NCBI RefSeq assembly: GCF_041909575.1
Contig: NZ_JAYRDE010000004.1
Location: forward strand, 2,748-66,747
Length of the DNA stretch: 64,000 nucleotides
Direction of reading: 5' to 3'
From: Microbacterium sp.
Lineage (GTDB): Bacteria > Actinomycetota > Actinomycetes > Actinomycetales > Microbacteriaceae
A model generated the notes under the pieces. It was not told the origin of the DNA, did not search any database, and saw only the letters and a list, made by a program, of their open reading frames with translations. Below, one piece after another: positions 32,138-41,100 of this stretch; the first letter of the stretch is position 1, and every line of letters starts with the position of its first letter. The translations under genes were made by a program, and so were the position numbers.

Positions 32138-33406
32138 ATGACACGGCAACACACACGCGCCTGGCTCGGTGCGGGAGCCCTGGTGCTCACCGGCACGCTG
32201 GCCCTCACCGGATGCGGCTCGGGCTTCGACGACGAGGGCGGCACCGGGTCGACCGGCGACGCGGGCGAACTCACGTCGAGCGACGACGCGCTCTCGATCC
32301 TCATCGGATCCTCGGGCGACGCCGAGACCGCCGCGGTCGAAGAGGCCGTCGCGGCGTGGTCCGAGGAGTCGGGGGTCGAGGCATCCGTCCAGGTCGCCAA
32401 CGACCTCCCCCAGCAGCTGTCGCAGGGCTTCGCGGCGGGCTCGCCGCCGGACCTGTTCTACCTCGCGTCCGAGGCGCTGGCCGGCTACGCCGGGAACGGC
32501 TCGCTCATCGCCTACGGCGACCTGCTCGAGAACAAGGACGACTTCTACCCCTCGCTCGTCGAGAACTTCACCGTCGACGACCAGTTCTACTGCGCCCCGA
32601 AGGACTTCTCGACCCTGCAGCTCATCATCAACAAGGGGCTGTGGGATGCCGCGGGCCTGACCGACGACGACGTCCCCACCACGTGGGACGAGCTGGCCGA
32701 GGTCGCCCAGACGCTCACCACCGACGGGGTGACGGGTCTGGCGTTCGGCGCCGAGTATCAGCGTCTCGGGGCGTTCATGGCGCAGGCGGGCGGCCAGCTC
32801 GTCAGCGATGACGGCACCGAGGCCGTCGCCAACAGCGCGGAGAACGTCGAGGCCCTCACCTACGTGCAGGAGCAGATGAACGCCGGCAGCTTCGCCTACG
32901 CGACGACCGACCTCGGCGCCGGCTGGGGCGGCGAGGCATTCGGCCAGGAGCTGGCCGCGATGACCATCGAGGGCAACTGGATCACCGGCGCACTGTCGAA
33001 CGACTTCCCCGACGTGGAGTACGTCGTCGCCGAGCTGCCGGCGGGTCCGGCCGGCCAGGGAACGATGCAGTTCACGAACTGCTGGGGAATGGCCGCCGAC
33101 AGCCCCAACCAGCAGGCGGCCCTCGAGCTGGTGGAGTACCTGACCACCGCCGAGCAGCAGCTCGCGTTCTCCGAGGCCTTCGGACCGATGCCCTCGGTGC
33201 AGTCGGCCGCCGACCAGTGGACGGCGGACAACCCCGACCTGGCCGCATTCCTGGCGGGAGCGGACTACGCGAAGGGCGTACCCACGAACGACGGCATCGC
33301 CGCGGTCATCACCGACTTCAACGCCTCGCTCGAAGGGCTGAAGTCCGGCGATCCGCAGGAGATCCTCGACACGGTCCAGGCCAACACCGAAGCGGTCGTG
33401 GACTGA
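32138..33406 (+). CDS. Sugar ABC transporter substrate-binding lipoprotein
   Basis: LALTGC lipobox; PPDLFY; PKDFS; EGNW; RBS GAAGGAG; start ATG 32138. Confidence 0.93.
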   Translation: MTRQHTRAWLGAGALVLTGTLALTGCGSGFDDEGGTGSTGDAGELTSSDDALSILIGSSGDAETAAVEEAVAAWSEESGVEASVQVANDLPQQLSQGFAAGSPPDLFYLASEALAGYAGNGSLIAYGDLLENKDDFYPSLVENFTVDDQFYCAPKDFSTLQLIINKGLWDAAGLTDDDVPTTWDELAEVAQTLTTDGVTGLAFGAEYQRLGAFMAQAGGQLVSDDGTEAVANSAENVEALTYVQEQMNAGSFAYATTDLGAGWGGEAFGQELAAMTIEGNWITGALSNDFPDVEYVVAELPAGPAGQGTMQFTNCWGMAADSPNQQAALELVEYLTTAEQQLAFSEAFGPMPSVQSAADQWTADNPDLAAFLAGADYAKGVPTNDGIAAVITDFNASLEGLKSGDPQEILDTVQANTEAVVD

Positions 33407-33410
33407 CCCC

Positions 33411-34604
33411 ATGACCGCGACAGCGACGGCGCCTTCCCGCGTCCGGCGCCCCCGAAACGGGCTCCGGCGCGGGGAGGCGCTGGCCGGGTGGGTGTTCACG
33501 GGACCGGTCCTGATCATCCTCGGCGTCTTCCTCCTGATCCCGGTGCTCATGGCGCTGTGGGTCAGCTTCTCCGACTGGTCGGGGCGCGGCAGCCCGTTCT
33601 CCGGCAACGTGAGCTTCGTGGGCTTCGACAACTACGCCGCCGTCACCGTCGACGGCGGCCTGCCCACCCGCGACTTCGGCATCGCCCTGCGCAACAACGC
33701 GTGGTACGTGCTGCTCGTGGTCCCGCTCCAGACGGCGCTCGCGCTGTTCCTCGCGGTGCTGGTCAACCGGGCGATCCTCCGCGGCCGCGGGTTCTTCCGC
33801 ACCGCGTTCTACTTCCCCTCGGTGACCAGCACCGTCGCGATCACCGTGCTGTGGCTGTTCCTGTTCTCGGCTTCCGGAGTCGTCAACGAGGTCCTCTCGT
33901 GGATCGGCATCAACGGCCCGAACTGGTTCAGCGACCCCAGCGGCATCATCCACAACGGTCTCGCCTCGGTCGGCGTGACCGAGGGTCCGGCCGTGCTCAC
34001 CGACAACGACTTCCTCGGACTGTCCTGGTGGCAGTGGCTCGGCGGGCCCTCCGTGGCGATGACCGCCCTGATCTTCATGGCGGTCTTCACGACGAGCGGC
34101 ACCTTCATGCTCCTGTTCGTCGCGGCGCTGCAGAACATCGGCGGCGAGATCCAGGAGGCGGCGATGATGGACGGCGCCAATGGCTGGCAGCGCTTCTGGC
34201 GCGTGACGCTGCCGCAGCTGCGGCCGACCCTGTTCACCGTGATCACGCTGGGACTCATCGGCTGCTGGCAGATCTACGACCAGATCTACACCGGCACGCA
34301 GGGCACGCCCGCCAAGACGACGATGACCCCCGCGTACCTCTCGTACACGTCGGCCTTCCTCGACCAGGACTGGGGCCAGGGCGCCGCGATCGCCTTCATC
34401 CTCTTCGCGATCATCGTGGCGTTCACCGCGTTCCAGCGGTGGGTGCTCCGTGAGCGCCCGGTGTCCAAGCGCCGTGCCCGGCAGTACCAGCTGCCCACCC
34501 GGCCGTCGACCGCGTCTCCGGCGGTCGCGGCATCCGCCCGGGTGCCCACGGTTCCGGAGCCGACCGACGTGCCCGAGCCGACGGACAAGGGAGCAAAGCC
34601 ATGA
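33411..34604 (+). CDS. Carbohydrate ABC transporter permease
   Basis: FVGFDNY, EAAMMDGA EAA loop, TLPQLRP. Confidence 0.93.
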   Translation: MTATATAPSRVRRPRNGLRRGEALAGWVFTGPVLIILGVFLLIPVLMALWVSFSDWSGRGSPFSGNVSFVGFDNYAAVTVDGGLPTRDFGIALRNNAWYVLLVVPLQTALALFLAVLVNRAILRGRGFFRTAFYFPSVTSTVAITVLWLFLFSASGVVNEVLSWIGINGPNWFSDPSGIIHNGLASVGVTEGPAVLTDNDFLGLSWWQWLGGPSVAMTALIFMAVFTTSGTFMLLFVAALQNIGGEIQEAAMMDGANGWQRFWRVTLPQLRPTLFTVITLGLIGCWQIYDQIYTGTQGTPAKTTMTPAYLSYTSAFLDQDWGQGAAIAFILFAIIVAFTAFQRWVLRERPVSKRRARQYQLPTRPSTASPAVAASARVPTVPEPTDVPEPTDKGAKP

Positions 34605-35512
34605 CCGGAACGACGCTGTCCGAGTCGCTGGTGCTCAACCAGGAGCAGCCGCGCCTCGAGAAGCCGACCAGGCAGCGCATCCTCTCGCGCCGCATCGTGT
34701 GGCAGATCCTCCTGTACGCACTGCTCATCGTGCTCGCGGTGATCTACATCTACCCGTTCCTCGTGCAGGTGGCGACGTCCTTCAAGACCGAGGCCGAGGC
34801 CGCCGCCGATCCGATCTCGCTGATCCCGCAGACCATCACGTTCGCGGCGTACGAGCGGCTCTTCGGCAACAGCGATTACCCGGTGTGGTTCGCCAACTCG
34901 ACGATCGTGACGATCTGCGTGACCCTCGGCCGCGTGTTCTTCGTGTCGCTCGCCGGCTACGCCCTCGCGCGGCTGCAGTTCCGCGGGCGCGGGATCGTGT
35001 TCGCCGCGGTCATCGCGGTGATGGCGGTGCCGGGCGTGGTGCTCCTCATCCCGAAGTTCCTCGTGATCAATCAGCTCGGCATCTACGACACCTACGCCGG
35101 CATGATCATCCCGCTGCTCGTGGACGCGGCCGGCGTGTTCATCATGAAGAACTTCTTCGAGTCCATCCCGGTCTCGGTGGAGGAGCAGGCGCGCATCGAC
35201 GGCGCCGGTGCGTTCCGGATCTTCTGGTCGGTCGTGCTGCCGATGGCCCGGCCGGCGCTCATCACCATCGTGATCCTGTCGTTCCAGGGTTCATGGAACG
35301 AGCTGAGTCACTTCATCGTGTCGACGCAGTCGCCCGAGCTGACCACGCTGACGAAGGGCGTCGCCTCACTGGCGTCCAATCAGCTGGGCCAGGGTCAGCA
35401 GTACCCGATCAAGCTCGCCGCTGCGGCGATCATGACCATTCCCGTCGCGGTGATGTTCTTCATCTTCCAGCGGCAGATCATGAACACCTCCGAAGGAGCC
35501 GTCAAGGGATGA
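34601..35512 (+). CDS. Carbohydrate ABC transporter permease
   Basis: AGYALARLQFRG, EEQARIDGA, SWNE. Confidence 0.93.
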   Translation: MTGTTLSESLVLNQEQPRLEKPTRQRILSRRIVWQILLYALLIVLAVIYIYPFLVQVATSFKTEAEAAADPISLIPQTITFAAYERLFGNSDYPVWFANSTIVTICVTLGRVFFVSLAGYALARLQFRGRGIVFAAVIAVMAVPGVVLLIPKFLVINQLGIYDTYAGMIIPLLVDAAGVFIMKNFFESIPVSVEEQARIDGAGAFRIFWSVVLPMARPALITIVILSFQGSWNELSHFIVSTQSPELTTLTKGVASLASNQLGQGQQYPIKLAAAAIMTIPVAVMFFIFQRQIMNTSEGAVKG

Positions 35513-37434
35513 CCCCCGCCCACGACGAGGCCTCGCCGCCTCTTCAGCCCCTGCTCGACGATGCCGTCATCGTGCTGCGCGCGCCCACCCAGGTGTGGTC
35601 GGGACGCGACGGCGAGATCGGGACGCAGCCGATCGACGGCGTGTACCACGGGGATGTGCGCCATGTCCGGGCTCTCTCGGTCACATGCCGCGACTCGCCG
35701 GTGGAGTGGATCTCAGCGGCGGCCGACGGACCGTCCCGCGTGGTCTTCGGCGGTCTGCTGCGCGGGGTCGACGACGCCACGCCCGACCCGAAGGTGCGGA
35801 TCGTCCGGGACCGCCGGGTGGCAGACGGCGAGCTGACCGAGACCTGGACCGTGCGCTCGCGCCTGGCCGGACCGATCGACACCGCCCTGACGCTCGAGGT
35901 CGAGCCGGAGTTCGCGTCGCTGCACGACGTCAAGGCGGGCATCGCCTCGCCGCAGCCGTTCGAGGTGCAGACGACGGATGCCTCAGCCACGGCGCATTCG
36001 GGTGAGCAGTCGTTCGCGCTCACGGCCGGCGGCGCCGGCGTGCGGGCGGCCGGCGGGCGACTTCGTGTCGAATGGCCGGTCCGCGTGGAGGCGGGGGGCG
36101 AGGCATCCGTCTCGTTCACCCTCGCGCTGCACGACGCGACCCTCGTCGTCCACGGGGCGCGCGAGCCCTGGGCGGGGACGGTGGCGCGCCCGGCGGCGAC
36201 TCCGGAACCTCGACTGGACCGCTGGCTCGACACCGCTATGGGAGACCTGGACGCGCTGCGGCTCACGACGTCTGGCGAGGGCGGGGACGTGTTCTTCGCC
36301 GCGGGGGCGCCGTGGTTCTTCACGTTGTTCGGACGCGACTCGCTGTGGGCGGCGCGGCTGGTGCTGCCGCTCGACGCCGGGATCGCGGCATCCACGCTCC
36401 GCGCTCTCGCGGCCATGCAGGGCACGCACGACGACCCGGCGACGGCGCAGGAGCCGGGCAAGATCCTGCACGAGCTGCGTGCTTCGGCGCTGGAGATGCC
36501 CGGAGAGGGCATCGTGCTGCCGCCGCAGTACTACGGCAGCGTCGACTCGACGCCCCTGTGGGTGTGCCTCCTCGCCGACGCGTGGCGAGCGGGGATGCCG
36601 GAGGCCGAGGTGCGCGCGCTGCTTCCCGCGCTGCGCGGGGCGCTGCGCTGGATCCTGGAGCACGGCGACAGCGACGGCGACGGGTTCCTCGACTACATCG
36701 ACCGCAGTGGCCGCGGGCTGGCCAATCAGGGCTGGAAGGACTCGGGCGACTCGATCCAGTGGCGCAACGGGCGCCTCGCGGACGGGCCGATCGCACTGTG
36801 CGAGGTGCAGGGCTACGCGTATGAGGCGGCGCTGTCCGGCGCCGAGGTGCTGGCGGCGTTCGGCGGCGCCGACGAGGGTGTCCTCGCGCCGGAGGCGCTG
36901 CGGACGTGGGCGGCGGAGCTTCGGGACAGGTTCCGCGCAGCGTACTGGGTGGAGACGCCCGAGGGGCACTACCCCGCGATCGCCCTCGATCGCGACAAGC
37001 GCCCGGTCGACGCGCTCACGAGCAACATCGGGCACCTGATCGGCACGGGCATCCTCGACGCCGACGAGGAGCGCGAGGTCGCGGAGCTGCTCGCGGGATC
37101 CTCGATGTCGACCGGGTTCGGCATCCGCACGATGTCGACGGGAGCCGCCGGATACTGGCCGCTGTCGTATCACGGCGGCAGCGTCTGGACCCACGACACC
37201 GCGATCGTCGCGCGTGCCCTGCACCGTGCCGGGCTGGACGGGCATGCGCGCAGCGTCGCGGAGGGGATGCTCGCCGCGGCCGACGGCTTCGCCTATCGCG
37301 TGCCCGAGCTGCATGCCGGGGATCCGGCGTCGGAGTCGTCCGTGCCGACGCCGTACCCGGCGGCGTGCCGACCGCAGGCCTGGTCGGCGGCGGCAGCCGT
37401 CGTGTGCCTCGAGATCCTCGGGGATCCGGCCTGA
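35509..37434 (+). CDS. Amylo-alpha-1,6-glucosidase / glycogen-debranching-like glycoside hydrolase
   Basis: TLFGRDS, EPGKILHE, YYGSVDSTPL, NQGWKDS, EVQGY, YHGGSVWTHD, PQAWSA; ATGA overlap. Confidence 0.88.
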   Translation: MTPAHDEASPPLQPLLDDAVIVLRAPTQVWSGRDGEIGTQPIDGVYHGDVRHVRALSVTCRDSPVEWISAAADGPSRVVFGGLLRGVDDATPDPKVRIVRDRRVADGELTETWTVRSRLAGPIDTALTLEVEPEFASLHDVKAGIASPQPFEVQTTDASATAHSGEQSFALTAGGAGVRAAGGRLRVEWPVRVEAGGEASVSFTLALHDATLVVHGAREPWAGTVARPAATPEPRLDRWLDTAMGDLDALRLTTSGEGGDVFFAAGAPWFFTLFGRDSLWAARLVLPLDAGIAASTLRALAAMQGTHDDPATAQEPGKILHELRASALEMPGEGIVLPPQYYGSVDSTPLWVCLLADAWRAGMPEAEVRALLPALRGALRWILEHGDSDGDGFLDYIDRSGRGLANQGWKDSGDSIQWRNGRLADGPIALCEVQGYAYEAALSGAEVLAAFGGADEGVLAPEALRTWAAELRDRFRAAYWVETPEGHYPAIALDRDKRPVDALTSNIGHLIGTGILDADEEREVAELLAGSSMSTGFGIRTMSTGAAGYWPLSYHGGSVWTHDTAIVARALHRAGLDGHARSVAEGMLAAADGFAYRVPELHAGDPASESSVPTPYPAACRPQAWSAAAAVVCLEILGDPA

Positions 37435-37435
37435 G

Positions 37436-37912
37436 TCAGTCGACCTTCGCGACCGTGCCACCGGTCAGGGCGACGAGCTCGTCGTAGGTCAGGGGGAAGA
37501 CCGTGTGCGGGGTGCCGCCGGCGGCCCAGATCTCGTCGTAGCGCGCGAGGTCCTCATCGATCACAGTGGTGAGCGGCGACGGATGCCCCGTGGGCGCCAC
37601 TCCCCCGATGGCCTGGCCGGTGGCCTCCCGCACCTGCTCCGGGGTCGCGCGGCGGATGCTGCCTCGCCCGAGGCGCTCCGCGAGTGCGGCGGTGTCGACG
37701 CGGTGGGCGCCGCTCGTCATCACGAGCAGCGGCTCGTCGTCCGACCAGAACACGAGGCTGTTGGCGATCGCGCCCACCTCGATCCCGAGGGCGGCTGCGG
37801 CGAGCGCGGCGGTGGATGCGGCATCCGGGAGCACCACGATGTCGCCGGTGATGCCGGCGGCGCGGAGCGAGTCGTGGACGAGGCGGCTGCGGGCGGGGAG
37901 GTGGGAGGTCAC
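37436..37912 (-). CDS. YbaK/ProX-like aminoacyl-tRNA deacylase
   Basis: IANSLVF, TGQAIGGVAP, WAAGG; TAGGCT -10 six nt before the GTG. Confidence 0.88.
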   Translation of the reverse strand: MTSHLPARSRLVHDSLRAAGITGDIVVLPDAASTAALAAAALGIEVGAIANSLVFWSDDEPLLVMTSGAHRVDTAALAERLGRGSIRRATPEQVREATGQAIGGVAPTGHPSPLTTVIDEDLARYDEIWAAGGTPHTVFPLTYDELVALTGGTVAKVD

Positions 37913-37989
37913 GCGCTCAGCCTACGAGGATGCCGGGCACGCGATCGTCGGAGGGTCGGGCGTCGTCGGTCGGACTCGTCGGCCGGGGG

Positions 37990-38790
37990 TCAGCCGCGCG
38001 CGATGATCTCGCCGTGCGGCATGAGGAACCAGCCGTCGTCCGACGCGGCCCATGTCCGCCATCCCTCCGCGATGCGCTCGAGGCCGGCCCGGTCGGCGAT
38101 GCCCCGTTCGACCGCGTGCTGCGCGAACGACGAGTGCAGGGCCCGGTCGGCCCACGATCCTCCCCACCACCGGCGGGCCTCGGGCGTCTCGAAGAGCCAG
38201 AGCGATGCGGAGGAGACGACGTCGGCGAAGCCCGCTTCGCGCGCCCACGCCTTGAGCCGGCGGCCGGCGGCCGGCTCTCCCGCCACCTCGCGGTGCACCC
38301 GCAGGTAGACCTCGTGCCACTCGGCCAGGCCGGGGAGGAGCGGGTACCAGATGACGCCGGCGTAGTCGACGTCGCGGACGGCCACGATTCCGTCGGGCGC
38401 GAGCACGCGCCGGAACTCGCGCAGCGCGTCGACCGGGCGCGACAGGTGCTGCAGCACCTGGTGGGCGTGGACGACGTCGAACGCCCCCGCCGCGGCATCC
38501 AGCGCGTAGGCGTCGCCGACCTCGAACGAGACGTTGCGGGCGCCGCGCTGGGCGGCCAGCGCCGTGGCCTTCTCGACGACGTCGGCGGCGGCATCCAGTC
38601 CCGTGACGTGGCCCGGTGCCACGCGCTCCGCCAGGTCGATCGTGATGGTGCCGGGTCCGGAGCCCACGTCGAGGATCCGCTGGCCGGGTCGCAGCGACGG
38701 GACGAGGTAGGCCGCCGAGTTCTCGACGGTGCGCTTGTCGTGCGAGCGCAGGACGCTCTCGTGGTGGCCGTGGGTGTACTGCTCGGGCAT
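37990..38790 (-). CDS. Class I SAM-dependent methyltransferase (UbiE-like)
   Basis: LDVGSGPG, FDVVHAHQVLQH; start ATG 38790. Confidence 0.9.
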   Translation of the reverse strand: MPEQYTHGHHESVLRSHDKRTVENSAAYLVPSLRPGQRILDVGSGPGTITIDLAERVAPGHVTGLDAAADVVEKATALAAQRGARNVSFEVGDAYALDAAAGAFDVVHAHQVLQHLSRPVDALREFRRVLAPDGIVAVRDVDYAGVIWYPLLPGLAEWHEVYLRVHREVAGEPAAGRRLKAWAREAGFADVVSSASLWLFETPEARRWWGGSWADRALHSSFAQHAVERGIADRAGLERIAEGWRTWAASDDGWFLMPHGEIIARG

Positions 38791-39034
38791 GGTCCGACAG
38801 TAACCCCGTGACCGTCGTCCGGGTGATTGATGACGCGCGCCGGGGCGGCGTCGCGCACGGGTCACCAGCGTGCGCATCTTCGGCACCGATCGCCGGGTGC
38901 CCGTTGCGCACTTTGCGCGCTTCAGCGTGGCCCGGTTGAACACTTCGTTGCGCAGTGGTGCAATGGAGGTGGATGCCGCAACGCCGTGGCGTCCGCAGCG
39001 CACTGCCCACAAGGCCCGCCGAAGGAAGAACGCG

Positions 39035-40111
39035 ATGACGCACACCCTGCCCCTGCCCGATTTCACGCACGAGCGCGTGGAGGTGATCACCGGCCGGCGG
39101 AGCGGACTGTTCATCGCGGTCGCGCTGCACTCGTCCGTACTCGGCTCCGCTCTGGGCGGTGCGCGTCTGTGGACCTACCCGCACTGGAGCGACGCTCTCG
39201 GCGACGCGCTGCGCCTGTCGGCCGCGATGACGCTCAAGAACGCCGCGGCGGGCCTGGATGCCGGCGGCGGCAAGTCCGTCATCGCCCTCCCCGAGGGCAC
39301 GGTGCTCGACGCCGAGCGCCGTCGCGCGGCGTTCCTCGACCTCGGCGACGCGGTCGAGTCGCTGCACGGTCTGTACCGCACGGCGGAGGACGTGGGCTCG
39401 ACGACGGAGGACATGCTCGTCGTCAGCGAGCGCACCGAGCATGTCGTGGGCCTTCCGGATGCGGTCGGCGGCTCGGGTGAGCCCGCGGGTCCGACGAGCC
39501 TCGGTGTGTACGAATCGCTGCGGGCGACCCTGGAGCGGGTGACCGGTTCGGCGGAGCTGACCGGTCGTCGCATCACGGTGTCGGGCCTCGGTCAGGTCGG
39601 CAGCCGCCTCGCGGTGCGCCTGGCAGCCGAGGGCGCCGTGCTCACCGTCACCGACGTGAACCCCGCGAAGCGCGACCTCGCCGCGGAGCTCGGTGCGGCC
39701 TGGAGCATGCCCGGCGAGGAGCATCTCGTTCCCGCCGACGTGTTCGTCCCGGCCGGCATCGGCGGGCTGCTCACCGAGGACGTCATCGACGCGCTCGACG
39801 CGAAGGCCGTGTGCGGTCCGGCGAACAACCCGCTCGCGGCGCGCGCGGGAGCCGACCGTCTGGCCGGTCGCGGCATCCTGTACGCCCCCGACTTCGTCGT
39901 GAACGCCGGCGGGGTGATCTATCTCGACCTCGAGGCGAAGAAGCTCGGGACGCGCACCGAGATCATGGACCGCGTCTCGCGCATCGGCGACACCCTGCGC
40001 CGCATCTACGACGAGGCCGAGGCGCGTGGCGTCACCCCGCTCGAGGCGGCGGAGGGGCTCGCGGCCGAGCGCCTTGCGGCCGGCGAGCGGGGGCACGCGC
40101 TCGCGCACTGA
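39035..40111 (+). CDS. Glu/Leu/Phe/Val dehydrogenase (leucine/valine dehydrogenase-like)
   Basis: LGGARL, MTLKNA, GGGKSVI, TAEDVG, GLGQVG, GPANN, PDFVVNAGG; start ATG 39035. Confidence 0.92.
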   Translation: MTHTLPLPDFTHERVEVITGRRSGLFIAVALHSSVLGSALGGARLWTYPHWSDALGDALRLSAAMTLKNAAAGLDAGGGKSVIALPEGTVLDAERRRAAFLDLGDAVESLHGLYRTAEDVGSTTEDMLVVSERTEHVVGLPDAVGGSGEPAGPTSLGVYESLRATLERVTGSAELTGRRITVSGLGQVGSRLAVRLAAEGAVLTVTDVNPAKRDLAAELGAAWSMPGEEHLVPADVFVPAGIGGLLTEDVIDALDAKAVCGPANNPLAARAGADRLAGRGILYAPDFVVNAGGVIYLDLEAKKLGTRTEIMDRVSRIGDTLRRIYDEAEARGVTPLEAAEGLAAERLAAGERGHALAH

Positions 40112-40239
40112 TCCGCGGCGCTGACTCGGTGATGATCCGCGGCGCTGATCCGCGGCGCTGACGCGGCGATGACGCGCTGCGCTGATTCACGCTGATGACC
40201 GGCGGTGATCGGCGGTGATCGGCGGTGATCGGCGATGAC
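40109..40239. repeat. Degenerate minisatellite of TGA-containing 10-13 bp units
   Basis: TGATCCGCGGCGC x3, GATCGGCGGT x2-3 and variants, starting at the dehydrogenase stop codon. Confidence 0.85.
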
Positions 40240-40304
40240 ACGACCGGATGCCCCGACCCGCGTGGCCGGGGCATCCGTCGTCGTGCGGGGTCTATGTTGA
40301 CGCC

Positions 40305-41063
40305 ATGGCGAATGTGTGGCTCGCTGCACTGAGCGGCCTCATCGGCGGCGGCACCCTTCTGGTGGGTGCGGCGGTGGCGTGGTTCGTCGACACTCCGCAG
40401 CGGGTGGTGGCGGGGATCATGGCGCTCGGCGCCGGCGTCCTCATCTCCACGCTCGCGTTCGAGCTCGTCGAGGAGGCCGCGGACGACGGCGGGCTCGTGC
40501 CGACGACGGTCGGCTTCCTCGCGGGCGCGGTGCTCTACATCGTCGCGGACTGGCTCGTCTCCCGGCCGAAGCATCCGACGGCGGATCTGCCGGCGAACAT
40601 CGCCGCGCGGCGCGCGGGTTCTCGGCTCGCCGGCGGCACGGGCGTCGCGATCGCGATCGGCGCCCTCATCGACGGCATCCCGGAGTCGATCGTGATGGGA
40701 CTCTCGGTGCTGCAGGGCGGCATCAGCATCCCCATCGTCGCCGCCATCGCGATCAGCAACTTCCCCGAGGGGCTTGGCTCGACCGCCGCCCTCAAGCGCA
40801 GCGGGACGAGCGGCCGAAGCATCGCCCTGCTGTGGTCGGGCATCGCGCTCGTGACCGTCGTCGCCGCCGTCCTCGGCTTCGTCGCCTTCCAGTCCGCGTC
40901 GCCGCAGCTCATCGCCCTCATCACCACGATCGCCGCGGGCGGCCTGCTCGCGATGGTGTGCAACACGATGATCCCCGAAGCGTTCGAGGAGCAGCGCGCG
41001 CTGACCGGCCTGTATGCGACCGTGGGCTTCCTCGCGGCCTTTCTCCTGCACGAGCTGGCCTGA
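40305..41063 (+). CDS. ZIP family metal transporter
   Basis: GAGVLIS, LIDGIPES, SNFPEG, AAGGLLAM. Confidence 0.9.
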   Translation: MANVWLAALSGLIGGGTLLVGAAVAWFVDTPQRVVAGIMALGAGVLISTLAFELVEEAADDGGLVPTTVGFLAGAVLYIVADWLVSRPKHPTADLPANIAARRAGSRLAGGTGVAIAIGALIDGIPESIVMGLSVLQGGISIPIVAAIAISNFPEGLGSTAALKRSGTSGRSIALLWSGIALVTVVAAVLGFVAFQSASPQLIALITTIAAGGLLAMVCNTMIPEAFEEQRALTGLYATVGFLAAFLLHELA

Positions 41064-41100
41064 CGACAGGCCTGCCCAGACGCCCGGCACCCCATGGGCG

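Noticed and set aside
40109-40239. CRISPR array or small repetitive ORF
   Set aside because: The units are 10-13 bp without spacers, and plus-strand frames are full of TGA.
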